A stretch of 64,000 bases of DNA from Sminthopsis crassicaudata (lineage: Eukaryota): assembly GCF_048593235.1 (NCBI RefSeq), contig NC_133622.1:236995198-237059197 (forward strand). The letters run 5' to 3'. The stretch's first letter is position 1, and each line of letters begins with the position of its first letter. A model generated the notes under the pieces. The model saw only the letters and a list, made by a program, of their open reading frames with translations, was not told the DNA's origin and did no database searches. This document shows, one piece after another, positions 9,050 through 20,553 of the stretch. The position numbers and the translations under genes were made by a program.

Positions 9050-9368
9050 NNNNNNNNNNNNNNNNNNNNNNNNNNNNNNNNNNNNNNNNNNNNNNNNNNN
9101 NNNNNNNNNNNNNNNNNNNNNNNNNNNNNNNNNNNNNNNNNNNNNNNNNNNNNNNNNNNNNNNNNNNNNNNNNNNNNNNNNNNNNNNNNNNNNNNNNNNN
9201 NNNNNNNNNNNNNNNNNNNNNNNNNNNNNNNNNNNNNNNNNNNNNNNNNNNNNNNNNNNNNNNNNNNNNNNNNNNNNNNNNNNNNNNNNNNNNNNNNNNN
9301 NNNNNNNNNNNNNNNNNNNNNNNNNNNNNNNNNNNNNNNNNNNNNNNNNNNNNNNNNNNNNNNNNNNN
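9050..9368. other. N run (gap or masked sequence), 319 nt
   Basis: Ns directly follow a CT-rich tract. Confidence 1.
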
Positions 9369-11014
9369 CCTTTCTCCATTGAAAGATTATATTATTCAAA
9401 TGTCTTTAATATTAGAAAAATAATGGTATCCTATGTAACTACTTAATCTTCAAACACATTGAAATAAAAGAGAACAATCCTTGTTTTCTTCTTCAAATAA
9501 AGATGTGGTTATTCTATTATTTTTTCACAAGTTTTTCATCTACAAGCTTTCTAAATTTTTATATGAACTTAGCCAACTTAGCCACTTCAGTGACTACTCT
9601 TATAACCTCTGCCTATGAAAGATTAATCAGACCTTAGGGAAATAAAATGATCACTTTGATACATAGTTTTCTGCCTCTAGATGCTCCCTCCTCTGAACAG
9701 GGGGATTTTGGAGATGTGCTGAGTTGCATAGGATCAATCTTTGTGCTGCCCAAGGAAATGGATGAAGAAATGAAATAAAACATAGCACAACCCCCAAACT
9801 CTAGCCTTTACGCCATCAGGGTTTAGATCTGTCCTTTTTAAACAATGAGGAAATTAAGGCTCAGGATATGAAAGTGAATGAAAAACTTTTGATTCTGGGT
9901 GCTCCTACCTCAAATGGAGTGCCCTTCCCATTAAATCAGCAAGCTTTTACTGCCCCTGCTTGCACAGACAAGGAAGCAAATAGAGACCATGATTTTTCCT
10001 CTTTATCAAGAGAAATTTGTAGAATATAATTAGAAAGATGTTTGTTTTTCTGAATACTCTTAAATGGCTGGGACCTAGAGAGAGAACTGGAAGGGTGAAA
10101 AAGAGAAACTTATGGAGGAGGTATCAATGCAGTTTCTAGGCAATCCACAGCAAACTCTTGAGATATGCCTGTTACACTGACACTGAGAGGATGCTGTGAA
10201 AGAAACAAGGTATCCCATTGCCAGACATGAACTCTCTATCTCTTTTCTCTTCCCTCCCAAAATATAAAGTATACGCTGTATCCTATTGTGTGAAGATAGT
10301 GATGAAGAGTGAGCTGAAGATTAACTAAAGGAATGGAGAATAGAAGGTGGCAGTCCTGTTTCCAAAACCTAAGCCAGAATAGCCTAGAATAGTCAAAATG
10401 TCCTTCCTTTATCCCCCCCCCAAATCATTATTCCTAGTCATCTTTTCTTCCTCATTGCAGAACTGAGAGAGCCTGTTCCCTGGCTCCTACAAGGGATTCT
10501 TGCCTATCCCTGTGTCTGAGGCTAAGGCCTTCCATATCACTCACCAGACTGTTCTTTGCTGCCGGGGCCTGGGGTAGAATTACAGAAGTCTGTGCATATG
10601 TGTGTATGTGTGGGGCCTATCTGGGGCTGGAGTTATAGGGAGAGTAGAGTCTGAGCTCATTTCCCCTAAGATTTACAATTATTATGTCATGTGTTGCAAG
10701 AGGAACACTTGACAGAAGAGGGAACTTGAGGGGTGTCTGAATTAGGAACAGAATTTTTCCTCATGTGAAAATTATTGTCAACAATTTTTATTGATTAATG
10801 AGACTCTCTAAAGGAATATTTGTGAGTAACCAAAAAAAGATTTTCCTCTGCCTGTTGAGAGGAGAATTAAAAGTTTCATTTTTTCTCATAGTCATTGCAA
10901 GGATTTGCTGCTAAGTGTCTATCAAACTGTGAGCTCAGAAAAATGTACTCTGGCCTCACTTTTACATTTGATCTACATCTTCATCCTTTATCATTTTCCT
11001 AAGTCTTCTTGTCC

Positions 11015-11215
11015 TTCCATCATACCCAACTCTTTGTGACCCTGTGGATCATATTGTTCATGTCATTTTCTTGGCAAAAGAGAGGGAGGATTGCCTTTTT
11101 CTTCTCTAGTGAATTAAGGCAAACACAGGTTATGGGACTCACACAATAAGTATTATACCCCAGATTTATCTTTTTGGCTTCCTGGCCCAGAACTCTATCC
11201 ACTGAAACACGTCTT
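11015..11215 (-). mobile_element. MAR1/MIR-like CORE-SINE with an RTE-derived tail. Homologs at ~25240-25445, 36985-37190, 48790-48995 and 60220-60425.
   Basis: AACTCTTTGTGACCC...TTTCTTGGCAAAAG...TAAGGCAAACACAGGTTA...GGCCCAGAACTCTATCCACTG is the reverse complement of a marsupial CORE-SINE. Confidence 0.7.
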
Positions 11216-12004
11216 GTCTAAATCTTGACAAAACAACAAAATGGAAACTCAAACCTTGTTTTGCAGAATTTTCCAATTTCTGAGATGTGAACAATCGCCT
11301 TGAAAGGTTAAGAATTAGCTATTCTGAGCAAGTTTGAGCTAGCTGCAACAAACTTCTCCTAAGAAAGAGTGAGGCTGGAGTGCTTGTGATATGATGAATG
11401 CAGAGCCTTTACTTGTATTCCTGGGCCCCTGCTGAGCTCTTTTGTAGAAATCACTGAATATTGTTTGTGCAAAGGCCAATTGGGAGTCCCATTTTGTGTA
11501 TTTAAGACGAATTCCCTTCCTGTGGCAAAAAGATTGGGGATGATAACTTAAACTTTTCTCTTTTCCAGTGTGTGGGATTGAAACAATGATGGTGATGGAT
11601 ATGAGTTTGTAACTTCCATATTATGACAGGTTTCCTTCCTATCATGCATGCCCAGGGACGACTCCCCAGCCTTGAATGCCATATACTATGAGGTTTCAAC
11701 CATGTAATGGCTCTTTGAGATGACATGATTCCTCCATTCACAACATGGATCAAGCTATCTTTATCTCCTTCTGCCTCCTTTGGCCCTTTTGTTTTGCTGA
11801 GATATTAGATGTTTAACCTGATGTCATCTCTGAAAGAATTCAGGCTTAGCCAGTCTCCAACCCAAGTATAGGCACTGTATTGAGTTGTAGACACTCTGTG
11901 GACGGTCCAAGCTCCCTGAGGGAATTAGTCCAGCAACTCAAGCAAGGGTTTTTAGAGAGTAAATGATGGTTATTAGATCACAAGATATGTAAAATTCGAG
12001 GCTG

Positions 12005-12230
12005 AGCTTTCCTTATAAACCCTTTTCAGCTTTCCTTCTTTATAGCCAAAGCATGGTTCAGCACCCTCTTTTCAGTTTTCAGGATTTATAACCTCAGCAT
12101 CATCTTCAATTTCCTTCCCCCCATTTCCAATCAATTATCATTTGACAGGAATAAGAAGTACCATTTAACCTCCACCTCCATAACACTTCTTTTTTAATTT
12201 TATTTTTTATTAATTTTATAATTATAACTT
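12005..12230 (-). repeat. Inverted duplicate of 13330-13556
   Basis: A base-by-base reverse-complement match over ~226 nt, with about five substitutions seen by eye. Confidence 0.92.
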
Positions 12231-12399
12231 GGAGAGGTCTTTAGCCTTGCTGGAACTGTACCTGTGATTATCCAGAATCATACAGAAAAACTTACTTGGA
12301 GGGTATTAATATATGGCAGTTTTTGATATAGTAAAATAAATGAATTGAAGGGAGAAAGATAGAGACAGGACCTGCCTAAATGAGCTCCCATCCCTCACC

Positions 12400-12680
12400 T
12401 TGTACAAAGGAGAAAGTAACAGAGGTGGTTAGGGGGTCATAATATCTAATTGATCTGAGAAGATGGATTGACGACTTTAGAAACTAAATGAAGGACTTGA
12501 TATTATATTCTGAAAGGAAGAGGAAGCAACTGGCCTTGAGTCAGTAATATAGTCACATGGTTATATCAGCACTTTAGGAAAATTACTTGAGCAGCTCTAT
12601 GTAGGAAGGACTGTAGGTCTGAGAGATGAGGCAGAGGGATCATTTAGGAGATTATTGTAAAGGTCTAGGCAAGAGTTGAT
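12400..12680 (+). mobile_element. Old L2-like fragment, continuing ~13390-13620. Homologs at ~27200-27800, 38950-39560, 50530-51050 and 62180-62780.
   Basis: L2-like purine-rich strings such as GGAAGGACTG...GATGAGGCAG...ATTGTAAAGGTCTAGGCAAGAG. Family assigned by eye. Confidence 0.4.
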
Positions 12681-12753
12681 AAGTGCCTAAATTAATGTGG
12701 TTATGAATACCATTTAGTTTTTGACCAAAGAGTTTGATGTAAGAAGTGTTATG

Positions 12754-13369
12754 CAAAACTAATGCAAACAAGATTAGAAGGGAAGTAACAAACTGGGAAA
12801 ACATTTTTATAGTTAAAAGTTCTGATTTCCAAAATATATAGAGAACTGACTCTAATTTATAAGAAGTCAAGCCATTCTCCAATAGATAAATGGTTAAAGG
12901 ATATGAACAGACAATTTTTAGAAGATGAAATTGAAACTATTTCCACTCATATGAAAGAATTTTCCAAATCACTGTTGATGAGAGAAATGCAAATTAAGAC
13001 AACTCTGAGACACCACTAAACACCTCTCAGATTGGCTTAGATGACAGGAAAAAATAATGATGAATGTTGGAGGGGATGTGGGAAAACTGGGACACTGATG
13101 CATTGTTGGTGGAGTTGTGAAAGAATCCTACCATTGTGGAGAGCATTCTGGAATTATGCCCCAAAAGTTATCAAACTGTGCATACCCTTTGATCTAGCAG
13201 TGCTACAACTGGGCTTATATCCCAAAGAAATACTAAAGAAAGGAAAGGGACCTGTATGTGCCAAAATGTTTGTGGCAGTCCTTTTTGTAGTGGCTAGAAA
13301 TTTTTCCCATGCATATGTACTGTCAAAAAAAGTTATAATTATAAAATTAATAAAAAATAAAATTAAAAA
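12754..13369 (+). mobile_element. 5'-truncated, internally deleted L1 insertion with a 13-bp TSD (unit 1 only)
   Basis: ORF2 C-terminal peptide CWRGCGKTGTLMHCWW...LGLYPKE, then an A-rich tail. TSD AAGAAGTGTTATG at 12741-12753 and 13370-13382. A single copy of the site sits at ~27545, 39303, 50803 and 62529. Confidence 0.92.
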
Positions 13370-13769
13370 AAGAAGTGTTATGGAGGTGGAGGTTAAATGG
13401 TACTTCTTATTCCTGTCAAATGATAATTGATTGGAAATGGGGGGAAGGAAATTGAAGATTATGCTGAGGTTATAAATCCTGAAAACTGAAAGGAGGGTGC
13501 TGAACCATACTTTGGCTATAAAGAGGGAAAGCTGAAAAGGGTTTACAAGGAAAGCTAGTGATTTAAATTTTAGACAAAATGAATTTGTGATGTCTCCAGG
13601 ACACACAGTTTGAAATGTACAATGGATAGTTTTTGATTCAGGTCTAAACTACTCCTGAGAAATAATTTTTTTTGTTTATTTAGTACCAAGTCATTTGATA
13701 ATTATAGGTTTATAATGTGATTTGAATTCTATTTATTTTTCTTTCCTAATACTTTTTATCAATATCAAG

Positions 13770-14045
13770 AAGAAAAACCCCAACCATAAAATCTTATTCT
13801 AGAAATGGGAGACTGGGATTCATCTTCAGAGAACTACAGTGAAGTAAAAAAAGACCTCTTATATTCCAAAGTGCAACATTAAATGGCTCCCCATCCAGAA
13901 AGACTTTATAAAAGAATTCAAAAATGACTTTAAAAATCAAATGAGCGTAATTGAGGGAAACCACAAAAAAAAGAAAAGAAAACCATGTACGAACAATAAA
14001 AAAATTTTGACAAAAAAACCAACTAGAAAAGGAGATGGAGAAACT
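13770..14045 (+). mobile_element. 5' part of the L1/HAL1-like ORF1 element, truncated at the ERV gag junction
   Basis: Colinear with 27925-28208 up to GGAGATGGAGAAACT, then the sequence switches abruptly to gag. Confidence 0.75.
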
Positions 14046-15540
14046 ACATTATAATGGTTACATTAGAATGCATATCCCCTTGGTTCTTCAAGGAAGAAAA
14101 AATACAGGCAGATATTTGGAAACTAGTAGGAGATCAATTATGTAAATACTACAATGATAAAGGCCCTGATTCAATTTCTAAGGAAACATTCTATATGTAC
14201 AGCATAATACAATTGGCCTTAAAGAATCCCACAAGTTCTAGAAAAAAGAAAAGTTTTACAAACAGCCAGATGAGTAAGTGTGAGGAAAAAGAGGAAGACA
14301 AAGGAGAGATTAATGGCAATGTCACCAGAGGGCATGAGGACTTAATTTTACTTGAATGGCATGGTGATTCTTACTCTCACAGCCCAGCTTCAACTCTCTC
14401 TACACCAGAGCAGCTCCTTGAGCCTCCCCCATCAACTTCACCTTCCTGAGTGGAGGGAGGAGGAACAGTGGGAGGGATAGTGATATTGCCACCTCCTCCC
14501 CCTCCCCCCCCCAGCAATCATCCCCTCCTATGACTAGCTTGCAAAAGGCACAACTTAAAGCCACAGAAGAAGGGCAGAATACAGCTGATTTGAGAATAGA
14601 AATGTATCCTGTGATTCAACAGCTTAACTCTTCAGGTCAAGAAAGTAGAAGATGCACCCCTTTTAATCTAGAAATTGTCAAAGACATGAAAGAGGCTTGC
14701 AATCTTTATGGGGATATATCATCTTATGTTAAGAAGTCATTACAGAATTTGGCTTATGAAATTTTAACCCTTAGTGAATGGAAATATATAACAAGGACAT
14801 ACCTAGAACCTGGACAAAACTTGTTGTGGCCTTCAGAGTATAATGAGCTCTGTAGGATACAAGTCCAATGAAAAAGTCAAAGTGGAGTTAATACTCCACT
14901 CACCTGTGACCAACCAACAGGTGTAGGTTCTTATGCAGAAAGTTCAGCATAGATTAATTACCCAATAGCAGCATATGAGCTAGTTGCTTCTGCAGCTATT
15001 AAAGCATTGGGTTTTATCCCAGGTCAATAGGAAAAAGGAGAAGCCTTCACGAAAATAGCACAAGGGCCAAATAAACCCTTTGCTGGTTTTGTGGGATGTT
15101 TGCAGACAACTGTCATAAACTATTGGTGAAAATGCAGCAAGAGAAATTACGATAAGGCAACTTGCTAAAAAATGCTAATGATGTTTGTAAAAGAATTATA
15201 CTAGGACTATACAAGGATGCTCCTTTAGAGGAGATCATAAGATGCTGGGCCACAGTGGGCACAAATACCTTTTATATCAGACTATAATGCAGACTTCCTA
15301 AGATCTGAAAATGGGAAGACAGGGCCCCTTTTGGCAAGGGACTTCCAGAGAGACTGGTCAATGCTTTTAATGTGGTAAAGTAGAGCATCTTAAATCTCAA
15401 TATTTGCATAGAGGCAGAATGAGAAAACAGAGTTGAAGAACAAGACCAAAACCCCATGTCTAAAATGTAACAGGGCTTCCATTGGGCATTAGAATGTAGA
15501 CTGATTCAGGGAAATGGGATGAGGGGACCAGCCCCAGGGC
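14046..15540 (+). pseudogene. gag: ERV gag remnant (matrix to nucleocapsid)
   Basis: Matrix-like LECISPWF...IWKLVGDQL. Polyproline stretch at ~14488-14512. MYPVIQQ and YTPF-like capsid start. MHR QGPNKPFAGFVGCL. Two eroded zinc knuckles. GGGAAAT at 15509-15515. Confidence 0.9.
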
Positions 15541-16260
15541 CCAAGGCAAAAAACACTTGGGGCATGATGGCAGCCGATGCTACACCTAGAGAGCCTTTAG
15601 AAGTTCAATACCCAGACATGGCCCATCAGCCAGGAAGCAACGTGATAGGAGAAAGGGAATACAATTGGGGAGAATAGAGTTTTATTTAGCTGGGGCAACT
15701 GAGATACCCCCTGGAGAGGTGAAACTTGTTCCTCTCCAACCTAGGGATCCCTTGCCTCCAGGCACAGTAGGCTTGACCATTTCACCTCCTGAGAGTACTT
15801 ACAAAACAGTGTTCATCCTTACACTGATGTGTAGGAAAAGTAGTAGCATTAGGTTTACTGATACAGACTATCAATGGGCAATCTGGTGATAGTCGCCCAG
15901 ATTCTTACTCCAAGAAACAGAATCCAGGAATATACTGGACTGCAGCAGTTAAAGCTGACCATCCTATGCTCACTATTTATATAAATAGAATACCATTAGA
16001 AGGATTGGTAGACACTCATGAAGATCGTACAGTCATTAGAGGTGCCAACTGTCCCAGTCACTGGCCAAAGTTTAAGGGAGACACTTACATGTCTGACATA
16101 GTGGAGGATCAATAGCAGCTGAAGTTAGTGCTCTCCTTTGACATGGAAATTTGAAGGTGAAACAGTAGCTTTTACTCCTTTTATAGTTGAAAAAATTCCC
16201 ATCAATCTGTGGGGAAGAGACATTTTACAACAATTAGGATTACAAAAGGGTACTTCCGTT
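15500..16260 (+). pseudogene. pro: ERV pro remnant (degenerate dUTPase-like domain plus protease)
   Basis: RIEFYLAGATEIPPGEVKLVPLQPRDPLPPGTVG, GLVDT and INLWGRDILQQLG. Confidence 0.85.
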
Positions 16261-18906
16261 TTTTAGGCAGAGCTGCTATTGAAGGCCTGCCAACACTTTC
16301 ATCTGTTCTTATTCAATGGAAAACTGATACACCAGTATGGATAGAACAGTGGCCCTTAGCCAAAGGTAAAATTCAGTCCTTATTACATATAGTCTAGAAG
16401 CAACTTGGACACTTACAACCTTCTCTAATTCCTTGGAATTCCCCAGTATTTGTTGTAAGAAAAAAAATCTGGAAAATGGAGGATGTTGACTGATTTAAGA
16501 AAGGTAAATGAACAGATGGAAACTATGAGAACTTTTCAGCCTGGACTTCCATCTTCTACTCAATTGCCTAGAGAATGGCCTCTTTGGGTAATAAACATTA
16601 AGGATTGTTTCTATTTTATTCCTCTAGATAAGGAGGATATGAAAAGATTTGCCTTTTCAGGGCCCAGCATTAACTTAGCTGAGCCTTATAAAAGATATGA
16701 ATGGACAGTTTTGCCACAGGGAATGAAAAACAGCCCTACTATGTGCCAAATGTATGTTGCTACCACTCTTACTCCAGTAAGAAAAGCATTTCCAAAAGTA
16801 ATGTTATTACATTACATGGATGATATATTGGGATGTGCACCTGCGGAAGAAATGTAAGAATTATGTCTATAAACAACCCTAGAAACACTAAGGAATTATA
16901 AATTGCACTAGCTCCAGAAAAAATTCAAAGACATGCTCCTTTTCAATATTTAGGGTATGAAATATACCCTAAGGTACTTGCAGTACAAAAACTCTCCTTA
17001 AGAACAGAGAAGCTAAACACCTTAAATAACTTTCAGAAATTGATAGGAGATATCCAATAGATGTGTCCAGTGTTAGGCTTGACTACCTATCAATTGCAAC
17101 TATAATGTGACATTTTAAGAAGAGACTGTGCTTTAAATTCACCACGCTAGCTTACAAAAAAAGCTCAAGAGGCTTTGAGAGAAGTTAAACTGGCTTTATC
17201 CAATGTGGTTGAAAGAGTCACTCAAAAACCTTTATAAATATCAGTTTTTGCTACACAAGAGGCACCCACAGCAGTCCTTCATCAAGGAGACAGTGTGATA
17301 GAATGGGTGGAACCTCCCAGCACAACCAGAACAAAGTCTTATTCCTTATCCAGTGCTTGTGGCTAGAATTTTATTAAAGGCCACTAAGTGAGCAGTACAA
17401 TTATCTGATAAGATCTGACAAGATATACACTTTTTATACTAATGCACAAATTAATGTGTGCTGTGAAACCATCCTAGTATGGCAAATTTTATTAGCCATG
17501 GCTCCAAATTTTACACAGGGGTCTCCATTAAAGATAACCAGACTGTTACATAATTGGCAATGGATTCCTGAAGAAAATTTTTCTAAAGTTCCTCTTAAAG
17601 GACTAACTATCTTTACAGATGCATCCAAACATAATATTTGCACTGTATACACTCGTGACTTAACTATAAAGAAAGTAGTCAGAGCTCCTTTTCAGTCCAC
17701 TCAGCAGAATGAATTGTATGCAATCATTCTAGCTCTTACTTATTATCCAGGAGATATAAATATAATATCTGATTCAGCCTATTCAGTAGGTGTGGTACAA
17801 AGAATTGCCACAGCCCAAATAAAATTTGTAGCCTCCAATATATATCAGCTCTTTACAGAACTTCAAGAGCAAGTGAGAAAACATCCAGGTAAGATTTATA
17901 TCTTGCATGTCCACTTCTCATAGTGGACTTCCAGTCCTATTTTTAATGATAATTCAAAGGCAGATAGCCTTCTAATCATATTGGCCAACACTCCTTTATT
18001 TCAAGAAGCTCAAGAATCTCATTCTAAATGTCATCAGGCTGTCCAAGCTTTACGTTTATAATTTGGAATAACAAGAGAGGAAGCTAGGAGCATAGTAAAA
18101 GCCTGTCCAGCTTGCCTTCCTTTCCACGCTCCTATGCTCCCTCTAGGGAAGAACCCTTGTGGTTTGAGACCTAATAAAATCTGGCAAATGAATGTGACCC
18201 ATTATAAATCTTTTGGTCATCTGTCCTTTATCCATGTTGTGGTAGACACTTTTTCAGGATTCACTTTTTCAATATCAGCAGCAAAAGAAACAGCCTGAGT
18301 GGTCACTGAATTGTTATATAAGCATTTGCAATTATGGATGTGCCACAAGCAATAAAAATAGACAATGGACCTGGATATACTTCTAAACATTTTGCACTCT
18401 TTTTTGAACAGTATAAGATTTTACATAGCTCTGGCATACCCTTTATTCCTTAAGGACAGGCAATAATAGAAAGGAGAAACAGAGACCTCAAGATGCTCCT
18501 TCAAAAACAAAAGAAAGGGGGAACCACAGGTAACCCTAGAGAACTTCCAAATCTAGCCCTTTATACTATTAACTTCTTGATCTTTGACAAAGATGTATTG
18601 GCTCTGGCAGACAGGTTTTATAATCCAGCAGAAGGGCATTGTCCAGGGCGAGCAGGTCCACTATCTTTAGATAATAACCAGGTGATGTGGAGAGATCCAG
18701 AAAGTGGTGAATGGAAGGGACCAGATAGGTTAACTGCTTGGGGGAGAGGATTTGCTTTTATTTCTACATATGGAGAAGGAATCAGATGGAGGCCAATAAG
18801 CTATATTTGCCTTGTCCATCAGAGAGAGATGGAGCAGACTCTTGAAACGAAGGAGAAGACCCAAAAAACATTGGGTGATACCATCGCTTATTGTGCCCAC
18901 CACTGA
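16240..18906 (+). pseudogene. pol: ERV pol remnant (RT, RNase H, integrase)
   Basis: LPQGMKNSPT, HYMDD, IFTDAS, the integrase zinc motif SHSKCH...KACPAC, DNGP, QAIIERRN, and C-terminal WRDPESGEWKGPD...WGRGFA. Stops and frameshifts present. Confidence 0.95.
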
Positions 18907-18939
18907 AAGAGCATGACAGTTATGCAATTGACACATGGA

Positions 18940-19130
18940 CATCAAAATTTTTTGGACTTCAAAACCCTCAGGAATCATTGGATTCTCTGACATAAAAAGA
19001 CTGTTGCAGGATTTCAAAAACTTTCAAGGATCATTGGATTCCCTGACATATGAATAATGGATAATAGATTGGTTTTGTACTATCTCTTGGCTGCTGAAGG
19101 AAGTGTATATGTGTTTGTTGTTTACATACC
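18940..19130 (+). pseudogene. env: Env TM remnant with an immunosuppressive-domain motif
   Basis: Translates to ...LLQDFKNFQGSLDSL/ /MDNRLVLYYLLAAEGSVYV, matching the gamma-type TM pattern SLDSLAEVVLQNRRGLDLLxAEGGxC. Confidence 0.7.
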
Positions 19131-19419
19131 CTCCTTCTAGGACTTCTGGAAATCTTTTACTACACCATGTTGATTCATAATATTTGCTATAGCACTGCTT
19201 GCATGTACAAGTCATGTTTGTTACACCACATCGAGTCTGCACTGACTGTGGGGAGACTCATCACTAATAGCCTGTGCATTATTGCTATGTGCTTGTGTAA
19301 TACGTCCCATGCTGATGGGTTTGTGCATGCTTGTTTCTAATAAGACCCTTCAGCCCAGAAATCCGCTAACAATATCTGTTTTGACTCCCTACTTCCTTTT
19401 TGTGTTTTTCATCTCTCTT

Positions 19420-19608
19420 ACTGAGATGTCAGGTAGAGCGTACTTTCACCTCCCTTCTTGAGAAGTCAGGGGGGCATGATCACCTCCTTTTTAGAGCTTT
19501 CACCACCCTTTCTGAGAAGTCAGTAAGGCGTAATCACCTCCAAGAACTTTTACTTATCCTGACTCTGGCTGTTCCTAAGGCCTCCAGGGAGCTATTCTGG
19601 ACTTAACA
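19420..19608 (+). mobile_element. 3' LTR of ERV copy 2 (5' boundary uncertain)
   Basis: Ends in CA. The last ~70 nt match 3615-3685. Imperfect direct repeats TTTCACC...TGAGAAGTCAG lie at ~19444 and ~19498. Confidence 0.65.
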
Positions 19609-20553
19609 TATATTGTGTTCTATTATGGTATATGATTTCTTGAAATGAAAATTTATTGTTACATATTTTGAATCCCCTTTGATATTCTGCTAGGCATATG
19701 AAATTGTTGTGTGTTTTTTCTTCTTTCTGGATGTCTTTTTTATTGTTTTATATTTAACTTTAAATAAATATTTAAAAAGGAGCAAGGGGAAATATCTTCT
19801 TGGGTTTCTGCTTTGTGAATAATCTTGATGATTATTTCATATAACTTTTTGCAAGTGTTTAGATACTATTCTTTTTATTTACAAATTTATGGTTATTTTG
19901 CACTCCTGGTTCTACTTACTTTACTTTCCATAATCTTACCTATGTCTTCCCATTTTTCTGTGCATTTATTATATTCATGACTTTTTACATTCTAGTAATC
20001 TGTATAATATTTAAATATTCCACATTTAATTCATTACATTTACATGCCATGCTTTTTAAAAGACCTTTTCAAGTAGATGAGAACTGACTTTGTTTTAATT
20101 CTTTGCTTCAATCAGAAATATTGTTATAAATATTCTGATGTATGTCGCACTTTTTTGAACTTTTATCTCATATTATCTCATATATCTTATATGCTTAAGA
20201 GGAGGGTGTCCAATTTTATATGGGAAGGGGCAGCATTTTTTTTTATTTGTGCCTTTCTTCATAAACTTTCACTTTATGCAAGGAGAATTGGAGTTATGGG
20301 ATTATTGTTACATGATTATTGTTTTTATATTTTTATATGTTTTATGACAAACTCGATTTTTTTGTTTTGGTAAGTATTTTACCTCTTTCCATTGTTGGGG
20401 ATCATCAGTTCTCCTATTATCCTCCTGTATTTTGATGATGTGAGTCTTTACATTTAGATTACTTACCCATTTTGAGCTAATTTTGTGATATAGTTTGAGT
20501 TGTTAATCTTACCCTAATTTATGCCCAATTTTTTTCCCTTTCCCTAACATTTT

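Larger units (their letters stand above)
14046..19608 (+). mobile_element. Decayed betaretrovirus-like ERV, copy 2. It has no 5' LTR, PBS or gag start; env is mostly deleted; the 3' LTR is partial.
   Basis: Gag, pro, pol and env remnants occur in order. The element ends ...TGGACTTAACA at 19608, at the same host junction as copy 1. Confidence 0.95.

Noticed and set aside
8851-9399. Long ORFs containing X runs (also 34862, 46808, 58168)
   Set aside because: Artefacts of N tracts.
10440-10460. Plus-strand acceptor-like motifs (also 7815-7827, 11253-11267) as exons of a second gene
   Set aside because: No consistent donors or reading frame were found across units.
14046-19608. ERV as an intact or active provirus, or a co-opted env gene
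   Set aside because: It has many stops and frameshifts, no 5' LTR or PBS, and env is reduced to ~200 nt.
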